From contig OZ024743.1 of the NCBI GenBank assembly GCA_964016885.1, positions 241,366,001 through 241,430,000 of the forward strand: DNA of 64,000 bases. The letters are read 5' to 3'. Below, piece after piece: positions 40,901 to 52,762 of this stretch. Numbering within the stretch: position 1 is the stretch's first letter; each line of letters begins with the position of its first letter. The position numbers and the translations under genes are program-made. The stretch is from Eledone cirrhosa (taxonomy: Eukaryota). Under the pieces are notes generated by a model that saw nothing but the letters and a program-made list of their open reading frames with translations, did no database searches and was not told where the DNA came from.

Positions 40901-43900
40901 TGTTGGTGGTGTTGGTGGTAGTGTTTGTAGTGGTAATGGTAGTTTTGATGGTGTTGCTGTAGAGGTGGTGGTAGTGTTGGTGTTAGTCTTGGTGGTGTTG
41001 GTGGTAGTGTTTGTAGTGGTAGTGGTGGTGGTAGTCTTGGTGGTAGTCTTGGTGGTAGTCTTGGTGGTAGTGGTGGTGGTAGTGGTGGTAGTGTTTGTAG
41101 TGGTGGTGGTAGTGGTGGTGGTAGTAGAGGTGGTAGTCTTGTTGTGTTGGTGTTGGGGGTGGTGGTGGTGGAAGTGTTTGTAGTGTTAGTAATAGTGGTG
41201 GGGTAGTGTTTGTAGTATTGGTGCTAGTGGTGTTGGTAGTGTTTGTAGTGTTGGTGGTAGTGGTGGTGGTAGTGGTTGTGATAGTGGTGGTGGTAGTCTT
41301 GCTAGTATTGGTGGTAGTGGTGGTAGTAATGGTGGTAGTGTTTGTAGTGGTGGTGGTAGTAGTGGTGGTAGTCTTGTTGGTGTTGGGGGTAATGGTGGGG
41401 GTAGTGTTTGTAGTATTGGTGGTAGTGGTAGTGGTAGTGTTTGTAGTGCTGGTGTTAGTGGTGGTGGTAGTGGTGGTGATAAGGGTGGTGGTAGTTTGGT
41501 GGTAGACTTGGTTCTATTGGTGGTAGTGTTTGTAGTGGTGGTGGTAGAGTTGGTGGTAGTGTTTATAGTGCTGGTGGTAGTGGTGGTGGTATTTTGGTGG
41601 TAGTCTTGGTTCTGTTGGTGGTAGTGTTTGTAGTGGTGGTGGTAGAGTTGGTGGTAGTGTTGGTGGTGTTGGTGGTAGTGTTTGTAGTGGTGGTGGTAGT
41701 CTTGGTGATTGTCTTGGTGGTGTTGGTGGTAGTGTTTGTAGTGGTGTTTGTAGTGGTGGTGATAGTCTTGGTTGTGTTGGTGGTAGTGTTTGTAGTGGTG
41801 TTGTTAGTCTTGGTGGTAGTAGTCTTGGTGGTGTTGGTGGTAGTGTTTGTTGTGGTGGTGGTAGAGGTGGTGTTAGTGGTGTTGGTGTTAGTCTTGGTGG
41901 TGTTGGTGGTAGTGTTTGTTGTGGTGGTAGTAGTGGTGGTGGTAGTGGTGTTGGTGGTGGTAGTGTTTGTAGTGGTGGTGGTAGTCTTGGTGGTGGTAGT
42001 GTCAGTGGTGTTGGTGGTGTTGGTGGTAGTGTTGATGGTCCTGGTGGTGTGGGTGGTGTTAGTGGTAGTAGAGGTGGTAATGCTAGTGGTTTTGTTCGGG
42101 GTGTTGGTGTTGTTGGTGGTAGTAGTGATGGTAGTGGTGGTGGTAATGGTGGTGGTACTGTTGGTGGAGTAGGTGATAATGTTGGCGGTAGTTTGGAGTA
42201 GGTGATAATGTTGTAATAGTGGCGGTGGTAGTGTTAATGGTGGTAGTGTTGGTGGTGTTGGTGGTAGTGTTGGTGGTGTTGGTGGTAGTGTTTGCAGTGG
42301 TAATGGTAGTGTCGGTAGTAGTGGAGGTGTTGGTGGTAGTGTTTGTAGTGGTAATGGTAGTGTTGGTGGTGTTGGTGGTAGTGTTGGTGGTGTTGGTGGT
42401 AGTGTTTGTAGTGGTAATGGTAGTGTCGGTAGTAGTGGAGGTGTTGGTGGTAGTGTTTGTAGTGGTAATGGTAGTGTTGGTGGTGTTGGTGGTAGTGTTG
42501 GTGGTAGTGTTTGTAGTGGTAATGGTAGTGTTGGTGGTGTTGGTGGTAGTGTTGGTGGTGTTGGTGGTAGTGTTTGTAATGGTAATGGTAGTGTTGGTGG
42601 CAGTGTTTGTAGTGGTAATGGTAGTGTTGGTGGTGTTGGTGGTAGTGTTGGTGGTGTTGGTGGTAGTGTTTGTAGTGGTAATGGTAGTGTTGGTGGTGTT
42701 GGTGGTAGTGTTGGTGGTGTTGGTGGTAGTGTTTGTAGTGGTAATGGTAGTGTTGGTGGTGTTGGTGGTAGTGTTGGTAGTGTTGGTGGTGTTGGTGGTA
42801 GTGTTTGTAGTGGTAATGGTAGTGTTGGTGGTGTTGGTGGTAGTGTTTGTAGTGGTAATGGTAGTGTTGGTGGTGTTGGTGGTAGTGTTGGAGGTAATGT
42901 TTGTAGTGGTAATGGTAGTGTTGGTGGTGTTGGTGGTAGTGTTGGTGGTGTTGGTGGTAGTATTTGTAGTGGTAATGGTAGTTTTGATGGTGTTGCTGTA
43001 GAGGTGGTGGTAGTGTTGGTGGTAGTCTTGGTGGTGTTGGTGGTAGTGTTTGTAGTGGTAGTGGTGGTGGTAGTCTTGGTGGTAGTCTTGGTGGTAGTCT
43101 TGGTGGTAGTGTTGGTGGTAGTGGTGGTAGTGTTTGTAGTGGTGGTGGTAGTGGTGGTGGTAGTGGTGGTAGTGTTTGTAGTGGTGGTGGTAGTGGTGGT
43201 GGTAGTAGAGGTGTTAGTCTTGTTGTGTTGGTGTTGGGGGTGGTGGTGGTGGAAGTGTTTGTAGTGTTAGTGATAGTGGTGGGGGTAGTGTTTGTAGTAT
43301 TGGTGCTAGTGGTGGTGGTAGTGTTTGTAGTGTTGGTGGTAGTGGTGGTGGTAGTGGTTGTGATAGTGGTGGTGGTAGTCTTGCTAGTATTGTTGGTAGT
43401 GGTGGTAGTAATGGTGGTAGTGTTTGCAGTGGTGGTGGTAGTAGTGGTGGTAGTCTTGTTGGTGTTGGGGGTAATGGTGGGGGTAGTGTTTGTAGTGTTG
43501 ATGGTAGTGGTAGTGGTAGTGTTTGTAGTGCTGGTGTTAGTGGTGGTGGTAGTGGTGGTGGTAGAGTTGGTGGTAGTGTTTATAGTGCTGGTGGTAGTGG
43601 TGGTGGTATTTTGGTGGTAGTCTTGGTTCTGTTGGTGGTAGTGTTTGTAGTGGTGGTGGTAGAGTTGGTGGTAGTGTTGGTGGTGTTGGTGGTAGTGTTT
43701 GTAGTGGTGGTGGTAGTCTTGGTGATTGTCTTGGTGGTGTTGGTGGTAGTGTTTGTAGTGGTGTTTGTAGTGGTGGTGATAGACTTGGTTGTGTTGGTGG
43801 TAGTGTTTGTAGTGGTGTTGTTAGTCTTGGTGGTAGTAGTCTTGGTGGTGTTGGTGGTAGTGTTTGTTGTGGTGGTGGTAGAGGTGGTGTTAGTGGTGTT

Positions 43901-45316
43901 GGTGTTAGTCTTGGTGGTGTTGGTGGTAGTGTTTGTTGTGGTGGTAGTAGTGGTGGTGGTAGTGGTGTTGGTGGTGGTAGTGTTTGTAGTGGTGGTGGTA
44001 GTCTTGGTGGTGGTAGTGTCAGTGGTGTTGGTGGTGTTGGTGGTAGTGTTGATGGTCCTGGTGGTGTGGGTGGTGTTAGTGGTAGTGGAGGTGGTAATGC
44101 TAGTGGTTTTGTTCGGGGTGTTGGTGTTGTTGGTGGTAGTAGTGATGGTAGTGGTGGTGGTAATGGTGGTGGTACTGTTGGTGGAGTAGGTGATAATGTT
44201 GGCGGTAGTTTGGGTGGTATTTGTAATAGTGGCGGTGGTAGTGTTAATGGTGGTAGTGTTGGTGGTGTTGGTGGTAGTGAAGATGGTAATGCTAGTGGTT
44301 GTGTTCGGTGTGTTGGTGGTGTTGATGATGTTGATGGTAGTAATGGTGGTGGTAGTGTTGGTGGTGTTGGTGAAGTAGGTGATAATGGTGGTGGTAGTTT
44401 TGGTGGTGTTTGTAGTAGTGGCGGTGGTAGTGTTAGTGGGGTTGGTGGTCTTGTTGGTAGTGTTGGTGGTGTTGGTGGTGGCGTTAATCATGTACGTGAT
44501 AGCAGTGGTTGTGTTAGTAGAGTTGTTGCTGTTGGTGTTGGTGGTAGTGTTGGTGGTGTTGGTGGTAGTGGTGATGCTAGTGTTAGTGTTGGTGGTGTAT
44601 GTGGTAGTGATGGTGGAAGTGATGGTGGTATTGTTGGTAGTGGTAGGGTTGGTGGAGTTGGTGATGTACGTGATAGTAGTGGTAGTAGTGTTAGTAGAGT
44701 TGGTGGAGTTGGTGATGCTGGTAGTGTAGGTGATAATGGAGGTAGTTGTGGTGGAGGTAGTGATGTTGGTAGTTTTGGTGGTGTATGTAATAGTGGTTGT
44801 AATTGTGTTAGTGGTGACAGTGTTCTTGGTGGTAGTGGTAGTGGCATTGTTGGTGGTGTTGGTGATAGTTGTTGTAGTTTTGTTATTGTTGGTGGTGGTG
44901 GTGGTTGTGGTGGAGGTTGTGGTAATGGTGATTGTGGTGGTGGTGGTGGTGTTAATGACAGTAATAATGGGTCTCGAAATATCCATGATGGTGGACGTGT
45001 GGGTGACAACGGTGAATGGAGGACCGGTGGGGTGGTGTGCTGTACTCTCGAATGATTCGTGATGGTGGACGTGTGGGTGACAACGGTGAACGGAGGATCG
45101 GTGGGGTGGGGTGATGTGCTCTCGTACGTTCCGTGATGGTGGACGTATGGGTGATAACAGCGAACGGATGACCGGTGGGGTAGAGGTGCTGCTTCTGGTG
45201 ACCATAGTGATGATATTGCTTGTGATATCGGTGGTGGTGGTGGTAGTGCTGGTGTTAGTGTTGGTGGTAGTGGTGATACTGATGGTATTAGTGGTAGTGG
45301 TGATGGTAGGTTGTTA
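37965..45316. repeat. 7.3-kb cryptic GGT/AGT/GTT satellite with higher-order repeats
   Basis: 228-bp period (gacag at 38835, 39063, 39291, 39519); ~2.0-kb duplication (ggtcctgg at 42037 and 44054; agttttgatgg at 40941 and 42980); 74-bp x3 unit at 44987-45190. Confidence 0.95.
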
Positions 45317-45924
45317 ATGGTTTCTAATTTTGGCACAATTTTGGTAGGGAGTGAAAGCGCCTGATGACAGCAACGATGACGGTAATGATAAAGGTGCTAC
45401 TGTTGGTGACAATAACGCTTCATCGCTCTATATTCCATATCAAAACCCCATGGATCTCCAACACCACTAACTTTGCCAAATGATTTTCAAATAAATCAAT
45501 AATATTTCCTCTCTCATCTCTCCATCCTTTCTCAAAACCTCGCCTCATACTCAATCTTCACTTCCTCCTCCTTCTTCCCATCCATATTCACACGATCATA
45601 ATCATACAAACACACACATGCTCACAGCCACCTCTCCATCTCTTTCACTCTATATCTCGCTGGTTTCTCCCACGTAACGCCCCCCCCCCCCCCCTCCTCC
45701 CCGTTTCACACACTTTCTATTCTACTCACAGATTAATTCATACGATTCCTCCATCTCGCTCTCTAATAGATATAAATAATACACACACACACATACACAA
45801 AGATATATATATATATATATATATGTTTATCTCTCTTACTTTCTCCATCACTCCCTCTTTCTTTCTTACTCTCACTCTCTCTCTCTTTCTCACGCTCTCT
45901 GATAAATATATATATACATATATG

Positions 45925-45987
<63 letters not shown>

Positions 45988-46070
45988 TACATACATAGAT
46001 ACATACATTCATACATACATACATGACATGCATACATATATACATATGTATACACATACATGCATGCATA

Positions 46071-46200
46071 CCCTGATGAAGTTTACCAAACAATCGCTTT
46101 GCTGAAACATTATATCTATGCTGTAAGATATAATTTTACTCTGTTATCAATATTGAGTACCAACTAGATTATGGAGTACTGTGATCACTATATAAGAACA
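46071..46200 (+). mobile_element. Short PLE-type tail with HHR-like core
   Basis: CTGATGA...GAAAC (46073-46118) followed by actctg...TATTGAGTAC (46151-46160); embedded in microsatellites. Confidence 0.55.
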
Positions 46201-46201
46201 A

Positions 46202-46276
<75 letters not shown>

Positions 46277-46478
46277 AATTTTAGTACAGCATTGACGAAG
46301 CTTTAGTATACGGCCAAGCTAGCGTATATGCATAATCGGTCTGTAGCTTTAGTATTCGGAGGACGTAAGGCCCCAGAGTAATAACATTACGTTCAGACAG
46401 CTTAGCAAATCAGATATAGCAGTCGGCAGGCCAACCGCATTACCAGAGCAACGAAAATACAGGACCCAGGAAAAGATT

Positions 46479-46563
<85 letters not shown>

Positions 46564-46576
46564 CATATATATATAT

Positions 46577-49285
46577 AATTGAAAAAGTGTAGAATAAGAT
46601 GGTCAACAGTACAACAAAGGGGATTTATTTACAGTCTAACAATTGTTTCTATGATTAAGTTGTCTAAAAGTTGCTGAACACTAGAAGTAGTGCCATTCAA
46701 TTTAAAATACAATGTTTGCTCGATCAGATCTTCAGAAAATATATATATATATAACCGGCAAATTTACAAATTCAAATTACATCATCAATAGTAATATTAA
46801 TAATAAAGATAGAGAGAGAGAAAGAGAAAGAAAGGGAGATAGATACAGAAAAGAAAGAGAGGAAAAGGAAAAAGAAAAAAGAAAAAGGAAAAGAAAAAGA
46901 GAAAGAAGATAATGAAAATAATGAAAATTTAGCTTACATTGATTATAACTCTAATTACCCTCGATCCATAATTAACTCCATAGCACATAGTATATCCCTT
47001 AGAATCTCACGCCTATCTTCTAACCTAGAGATTTTTAACGAACACGCTAACTACTACAACATAGCTTTACTTAAGGCAGGCCATAAAGAGAGACTCAAAT
47101 ACATACCAGATACAAAAAATAACAACACGCTTAATATTAATAACACTATGCACACCTATAGAAGCAACAAATCTAGGACTAAACACAGAAATTAGCAACA
47201 AGCACATAAATTAAATGAACAGAATACTAATATAAAGACTACTAATAACTATAGAAGATGCAGAAATATAAACAATTTATGGTTCAATCCAATGTTTAAC
47301 TCCTCTATAAAAGCAAAACTACCTTACACTTTCTTCAAATTCGTTGACAAACACTTCCCTAAAAGTCATAAATATCATAAAATCTTTAATAGAAAAACTA
47401 TCAAACTATCATACTCCACTGCCAACAACATAGAATTGCACATACATAAAATTAACTATAAAAGAATTTATATTACAAATAGCCCGCAAATAAGTACCAT
47501 AACACCAAATACAAAACATAATCATATAACATCATCACAACCAAACACACGTCAGAACACATCACCGCAATACATTAAAAAACCCAATTCTCAGCCCACA
47601 TATAACAACCTACAAAACCATATCGAAGAACCGGCACATAGGAAGGCATCTAAATGTAACTGACATCTACCTGACAAATGCCCTTTACAAAATAGATGCC
47701 TAGAGACAAATATAGTATAACTATGTACTATAAATTCAGGTAGTTAGCATGGCACTACATAGGTTCCACAGCTGGGGAGTTTAAGAAAAGGTCGTACGTC
47801 CACAGACAATCTATGGTTAACAGGAACCTCTTAAATATAACGACTCTCGCCAATTATATCTGGCAAATCAAGGATGCAAACATGGAATATAAAATCAGCT
47901 GGACGAAGCTATCAAAAGCAACGGCCTACTAAATTGGTATGTCCCACTGCGGTCTCTGTAATATGGAGCTTTTCAAAATTTTCAATTACAACATAATGCT
48001 TCTTAACAGTAAAATTGAAAGAACTATTTTCTGTCGACATAAATCTGCGACCAAATTTGAGAACTTTAGATCAGCTTAATTTCATCTTAATAACCAAAAT
48101 TGTGCCACTTAGGTCCATTATAATATCACATTATCATCATCATCATCATTATTATTGTCATCACCTATCAAGGAACAACATCAAAACCTCTTATATTTAC
48201 AGTCTTATTTTATATATCTCTATCTTTAATTCTCTATCTTTATATTTCTCTCTCTAAATTTATTTCATCTCTGGCATTTTATTTTATCATATAATATAAC
48301 TTGCAACTAATTAATTTATTTATTTATTAAATTAAGCAATACACACATAAATATATTTAACAGTATCATATTTATACCTTCGTGTATCTATGTGTATATC
48401 TCTATATTGTAGCCATTCTCAAAAACCACTCTCAATAATCTTAATATGTTAAAATTTTCTTCGCATATTTTTACTTTTTTACTTATTTATTTCAATATCT
48501 TCATTTTTCATTTTTCATATTTTGTACCATTTTATATCATATTAGATGTAATTTATTTATTTATTTATATATTTATTTATTTATTCATATATTTATATAT
48601 TTATATTTATTTTTATTTATTTTTTATTTTATTTACATTTATTCATGTATTAACGTTTATTCATTTATTGCTGATATCATTATTTTTCCATCTATTTATC
48701 TTTCTCTCCTACGTTATTTCTCCTATGCTTTTCTATCTTCTTTCTACCATAATTTCTCCATATATTTTCTTCTCTCTATATTTTTCTGTGTATTCATTTC
48801 TTCTTTTTTTTTCTTCTTCTTTCTCTTTTTCTTTCTCTTTATCTTTTTTCTTTTTCCTTTTCCTCTCTTTCTTTTCTGTATCTATCTCCCTTTCTTTCTC
48901 TTTCTCTCTCTCTATCTTTATTATTAATATTATTATTGATGATGTAATTTGAATTTGTAAATTTGCCGGTTATATATATATATATTTTCTGAAGATCTGA
49001 TCGAGTAAACATTCTATTTGAAATTGAGTGACACTACTTCTAGTGTTCAGCAATTTTTAGACAACTTTATCAGAAAAACAATTGTTAGACTGTAAATAAA
49101 TCCCCCTTTTTTGTACTGTTGACCACTTTTTCAATTTTATTACTCCAAGATAAACTTACATAGGAATACAAGTGAAATCATAAACCCGTCATCTACGTAA
49201 ACATCAACGTCGTACGCTAAAACTATCCATAATAAGAAGTATTAACAACCTCTAATTGGATTACCTATAACGATATTTTGTTATC

Positions 49286-49290
<5 letters not shown>
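46577..49290 (+). mobile_element. 5'-truncated PLE (thumb, CxCx5C linker, GIY-YIG; Hydra-clade-like) with inverted partial pLTR at its 5' end
   Basis: WFNPMFN...KHFPKSHKYHKIFNRKTIKLSYS, CN*HLPDKCPL..CL..NIV*...YIGST..FK, CGLCNME. Inverted repeat 46577-46915 / ~48815-49136; (TA)n on both sides. The clade assignment is from memory of the motif. Confidence 0.85.
48989..49087 (+). ncRNA. HHR-like motif with long stem II (mirrored at ~46637-46735 on the minus strand)
   Basis: CUGAAGA-UCUGAU...AUCAGA-AAAAC-AAUU-GUUA; the inverted copy retains GAAAC. Confidence 0.6.
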
Positions 49291-49360
<70 letters not shown>

Positions 49361-49363
<3 letters not shown>

Positions 49364-49556
49364 AACCAGTAAGACCCCGACAGCTGAGCTCAAGCCGTTT
49401 CGACGGCTAATTCTGGACTAGTCCAGAATTAGCCGTCGAAACGGCTTGAGCTCAGCTGTCGGGGTCTTACTGGTTCCTATTACCCACTCTACTACCTCAA
49501 GTATTGAGTACTTTGGTGCGTTATGGTCCACCTGGTTCCTTACCACATTTCCTTCG

Positions 49557-49558
<2 letters not shown>
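49361..49558 (+). mobile_element. Fold-back mini-element, family A copy 3 (perfect 118-bp palindrome plus tail)
   Basis: 49361-49419 / 49420-49478 are exact reverse complements centred on ct|ag; tail with TATTGAGTAC; (TA)n flanks. Confidence 0.9.
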
Positions 49559-49620
<62 letters not shown>

Positions 49621-49648
49621 ATATATATATATATATATATATACATAT

Positions 49649-50168
49649 GCCTCTTCCTCACCTTTCACTCACTCACTCTCTGTCACTACCTCTCCTCCTC
49701 CCCTTTCTTCCCGTTTGACCTGTCCGTAATCCTTTTCTCGCGGGCACTTGGCCAAGCCGGTATGAATTTTTTTTCTCTCTCTCTCGTCTGCGACTTCACA
49801 GAACTTATGTTTACCGAATTCGCAGACCAGACACCTTCTTCCTCCCGTTAGACCTGTGTGAAATTCCTTCCTTGCTCACATTTCAACCAGGTTTGATGGT
49901 CTTTATTCTCTCGTTCACGATTCCACCGAATTTATATTCATAGAAATCTGGGACTTGTTTCCTTCTTCATCACTTTCTTCTGCTTAAACCATTTTGTTTG
50001 TTTACCCTAGCGTCCCCTTTATTTACGTGTCCCAACGACTTTTTTTTAGCCGTTGCTCGCACCAACCTGAGGTATATGGCCTTTAATGCGACGAAATGCC
50101 TACGACGGTTGGATGGCCACTGATGAGGACAAACTTTTTCATATGTAACCCATTTGCAGCGCCGCAGC
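49649..50168 (+). mobile_element. Non-coding ~520-bp repeat, homologous to and permuted relative to 62091-62756
   Basis: Shared blocks gcctcttcctcac.tttcactcactcactctc, tttacgtgtcccaacgactt, gccgttgctcgcaccaacc, cactgatga and catatgtaacccatttgca. Confidence 0.8.
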
Positions 50169-50282
50169 TCCATTATTATCATATTTATACATATATATAT
50201 ATATGCACACACAGATACACATATATATATATACAAACACACATATACACATATATATATACAAACACACATATATATATAT

Positions 50283-50380
50283 AACAAAGATGGTGTGGTA
50301 AGATACCAGGTGGACTATAACACACCAGAGTACTCAATACTTAGGGTAGTAGAGTGGGTAATAGGAAAAAGTTTTCCTAT
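50283..50380 (-). mobile_element. Family A copy 4 with collapsed hairpin
   Basis: Tail homologous to 18492-18575; the hairpin is reduced to ataggaaaa-ag-ttttcctat. Confidence 0.8.
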
Positions 50381-50394
50381 ATATATATATATAT

Positions 50395-50650
50395 GTGGTT
50401 ACCCCCAATTTAACTCGGAATCTGCACACACGCCCCCCATATATATATGTATATACATATATATATATGTGGGGGAGGGGGGTGGTGTCTGCAGATTCCG
50501 AGTTAAATTGGGGGTAACCACAGTAAATAAGGTACTCAATATATTAGTAGAGTGTAAACGTCAAATATGTAACATAGAAGTGGCTTCTACAGGACAATAA
50601 CTGTTTTATTGGTATGAAATAGTTCTAGTCCTGTAGAAGCCCTTTATATA
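50395..50650 (-). mobile_element. PLE tail with two inverted structures (50395-50426 / 50490-50521 and hairpin 50582-50641)
   Basis: Homologous to 16361-16470 (taaccacagtaa.taaggtactcaata...gcttctacaggac). Confidence 0.75.
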
Positions 50651-50651
50651 C

Positions 50652-50969
<318 letters not shown>

Positions 50970-51499
50970 CACATTAGGATATCTAATTCCGTAGTGTGTG
51001 TGTGTGTGTATGTGTGTGTATATGTGTGTATGTATGTATGTGTTTATCATAGTGTTACACTGTTTTGCTTTCGACGTAGTTTTCCAGTCAGCCTGTCAGT
51101 CAGACAAGCAGAAATCGATCGATTAGAGTATGAATCAATCAGTATACAGCCAGTCAGCAGACAGGCATCTATTGATCCATCTATCAGTCACTGTACATTC
51201 AATCAGGCAATATCTATCATTCTATCAATCATTGGAATTCTTTATTTATGAATATCAATCCGGCTTCTCTATCTCTCAATATATATATATCGAGAGAGAG
51301 AGAGAGGGGGGAGTGAGTGAATGATATATATACACAAAAGCATACATATGTGTGTTTGTTTGTGTGTGTGAGTGTGTGTATATGTGTGTACTTGCTTGTG
51401 TGTGTGTGTATGTGTATACGTATGTGTATGAATGCGTGTGTGTTTGTGCGTGTATGTGTATCTGTGTGTGTTGAATTGTCACCGCTTGAATCCAAGTGC

Positions 51500-51790
51500 C
51501 GCACCCTATCTGTGTACAATATTTTCAGAGCAGCCATGACCAAAGCTAAGCAAACTGCCAGACATTCTGCACAAGAGTAGTGGGCACAACTTGCAGAGAA
51601 CATACAGAACGTAGCAATGACAGGGAATCTCAGAAGAATGTACAAAGAAATGAGGAAAGCTCTTGGCCTAATTTAGAGAAATAGAGAACCTATCAAAACC
51701 TCTACTCTGGTTGTAATCAAATATAACCGCCACCATTGGAAGGGTAGGGAGAGCTCTTCGCCAATCTCCACTCCAAAACAAACACTGCCT
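51500..51790 (+). mobile_element. RTE-like LINE fragment (EN-RT linker)
   Basis: KQTARHSAQE*WAQLAENIQNVAMTGNLRRMYKEMRKALG resembles the RTE linker. Confidence 0.6.
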
Positions 51791-51799
51791 TCGTCTCAG

Positions 51800-52015
51800 A
51801 AGAGATTGGCAGTATCGGCAGAGTGTCGGTCAACATGTTTTGTGGTCTAGAGTCACGTCCCTTTACGTTATGAATTTAAATCCCGCTGAGGTTAGATTTG
51901 CATTTCTTCCTTATGCGGTAGATAAGAAATCTTAGCAGTAATGCACTGGGGTAGTTTTAATCACCTTTTCCCTTCCCATCAAATTGCTGTCCTTGTGCTA
52001 AAAGTAAAAACGATT
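51800..52015 (+). mobile_element. SINE, ggggtcgataa family, diverged
   Basis: gattggcagtatcggcagag...aaatcccgctgaggttag...cagtaatgcactgggg...ccttgtgctaaaagta. Confidence 0.7.
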
Positions 52016-52762
52016 ACGTGCTTGCCGGCTTGGAATGAATAAATACAGTATTTTACAAAACCTTACACCAAGGAAGCTGTCCATAGTCACCCATGATTAC
52101 CAGGCTCTTTAAATATATATATATATATAGAGAGAGAGAAATTAATAAATCATATATTTACACCGATTTCGCAATTGAAGGATTAACATTTATTACATAA
52201 CTGACACGTGGTTCATTAATATGTAGGTGAGCATATCTAGAACCGCTATTCCGTTTCTATTTTTTTTCAGAGAATTCGAATTCCAATATTTGCGTCAGCT
52301 CTATGGCATATCAACTCGTCAGAATCTAACAAAGTTTTTGTTCATACAGATTAGCGTCTATATATAGAGAGAGGTGTCTCACTAAGGAAATCTAGGTTAT
52401 ACACATTTATAATCATATTGAAATATATTGAGAGATTTAAATATATAGGGGGTTACCTGGCAATGTAAGCTGCCATAGCCTCATCTCTAGCATTGGTCAT
52501 AACAACAACATTATTGTTTTTATTTTTTCAGAGACGGGCTTAACAGATATGGTTGTTGATTTGTTTGTAGTGTAAAGAATAGTTCGATAGCCATTGGTCA
52601 GTGTCAGGCAGTTATCACTGAGATCTAAGGATTACTTATCAGACTATCAAAGCTAAATTTTAATTCTATATATACATGTGTGTGTGTGTGTGTGTGTGTG
52701 AGTGTGTGTGCATGTGCGTGAGTGTGTGTGTGCATGTGTGTACTTGTGTGCGTGTGCATATG

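Noticed and set aside
38401-43001. 871-aa Gly/Ser-rich and 600-aa Val-rich ORFs as real proteins
   Set aside because: Overlapping frames are open simultaneously because of GGT/AGT triplet periodicity. There is no unique domain or ATG context, and frames break at indels.
43580-45336. 541-aa Thr-rich mucin-like ORF
   Set aside because: It is the reverse complement of the same satellite. Its apparently unique N-terminus is a 74-bp repeat, which is not a multiple of 3.
47661-47663. TGA at a conserved Cys of the CxCx5C motif as selenocysteine recoding (known for some Naiad PLEs)
   Set aside because: The same copy has TAA stops and frameshifts nearby, so ordinary decay explains it, and no SECIS was identified.
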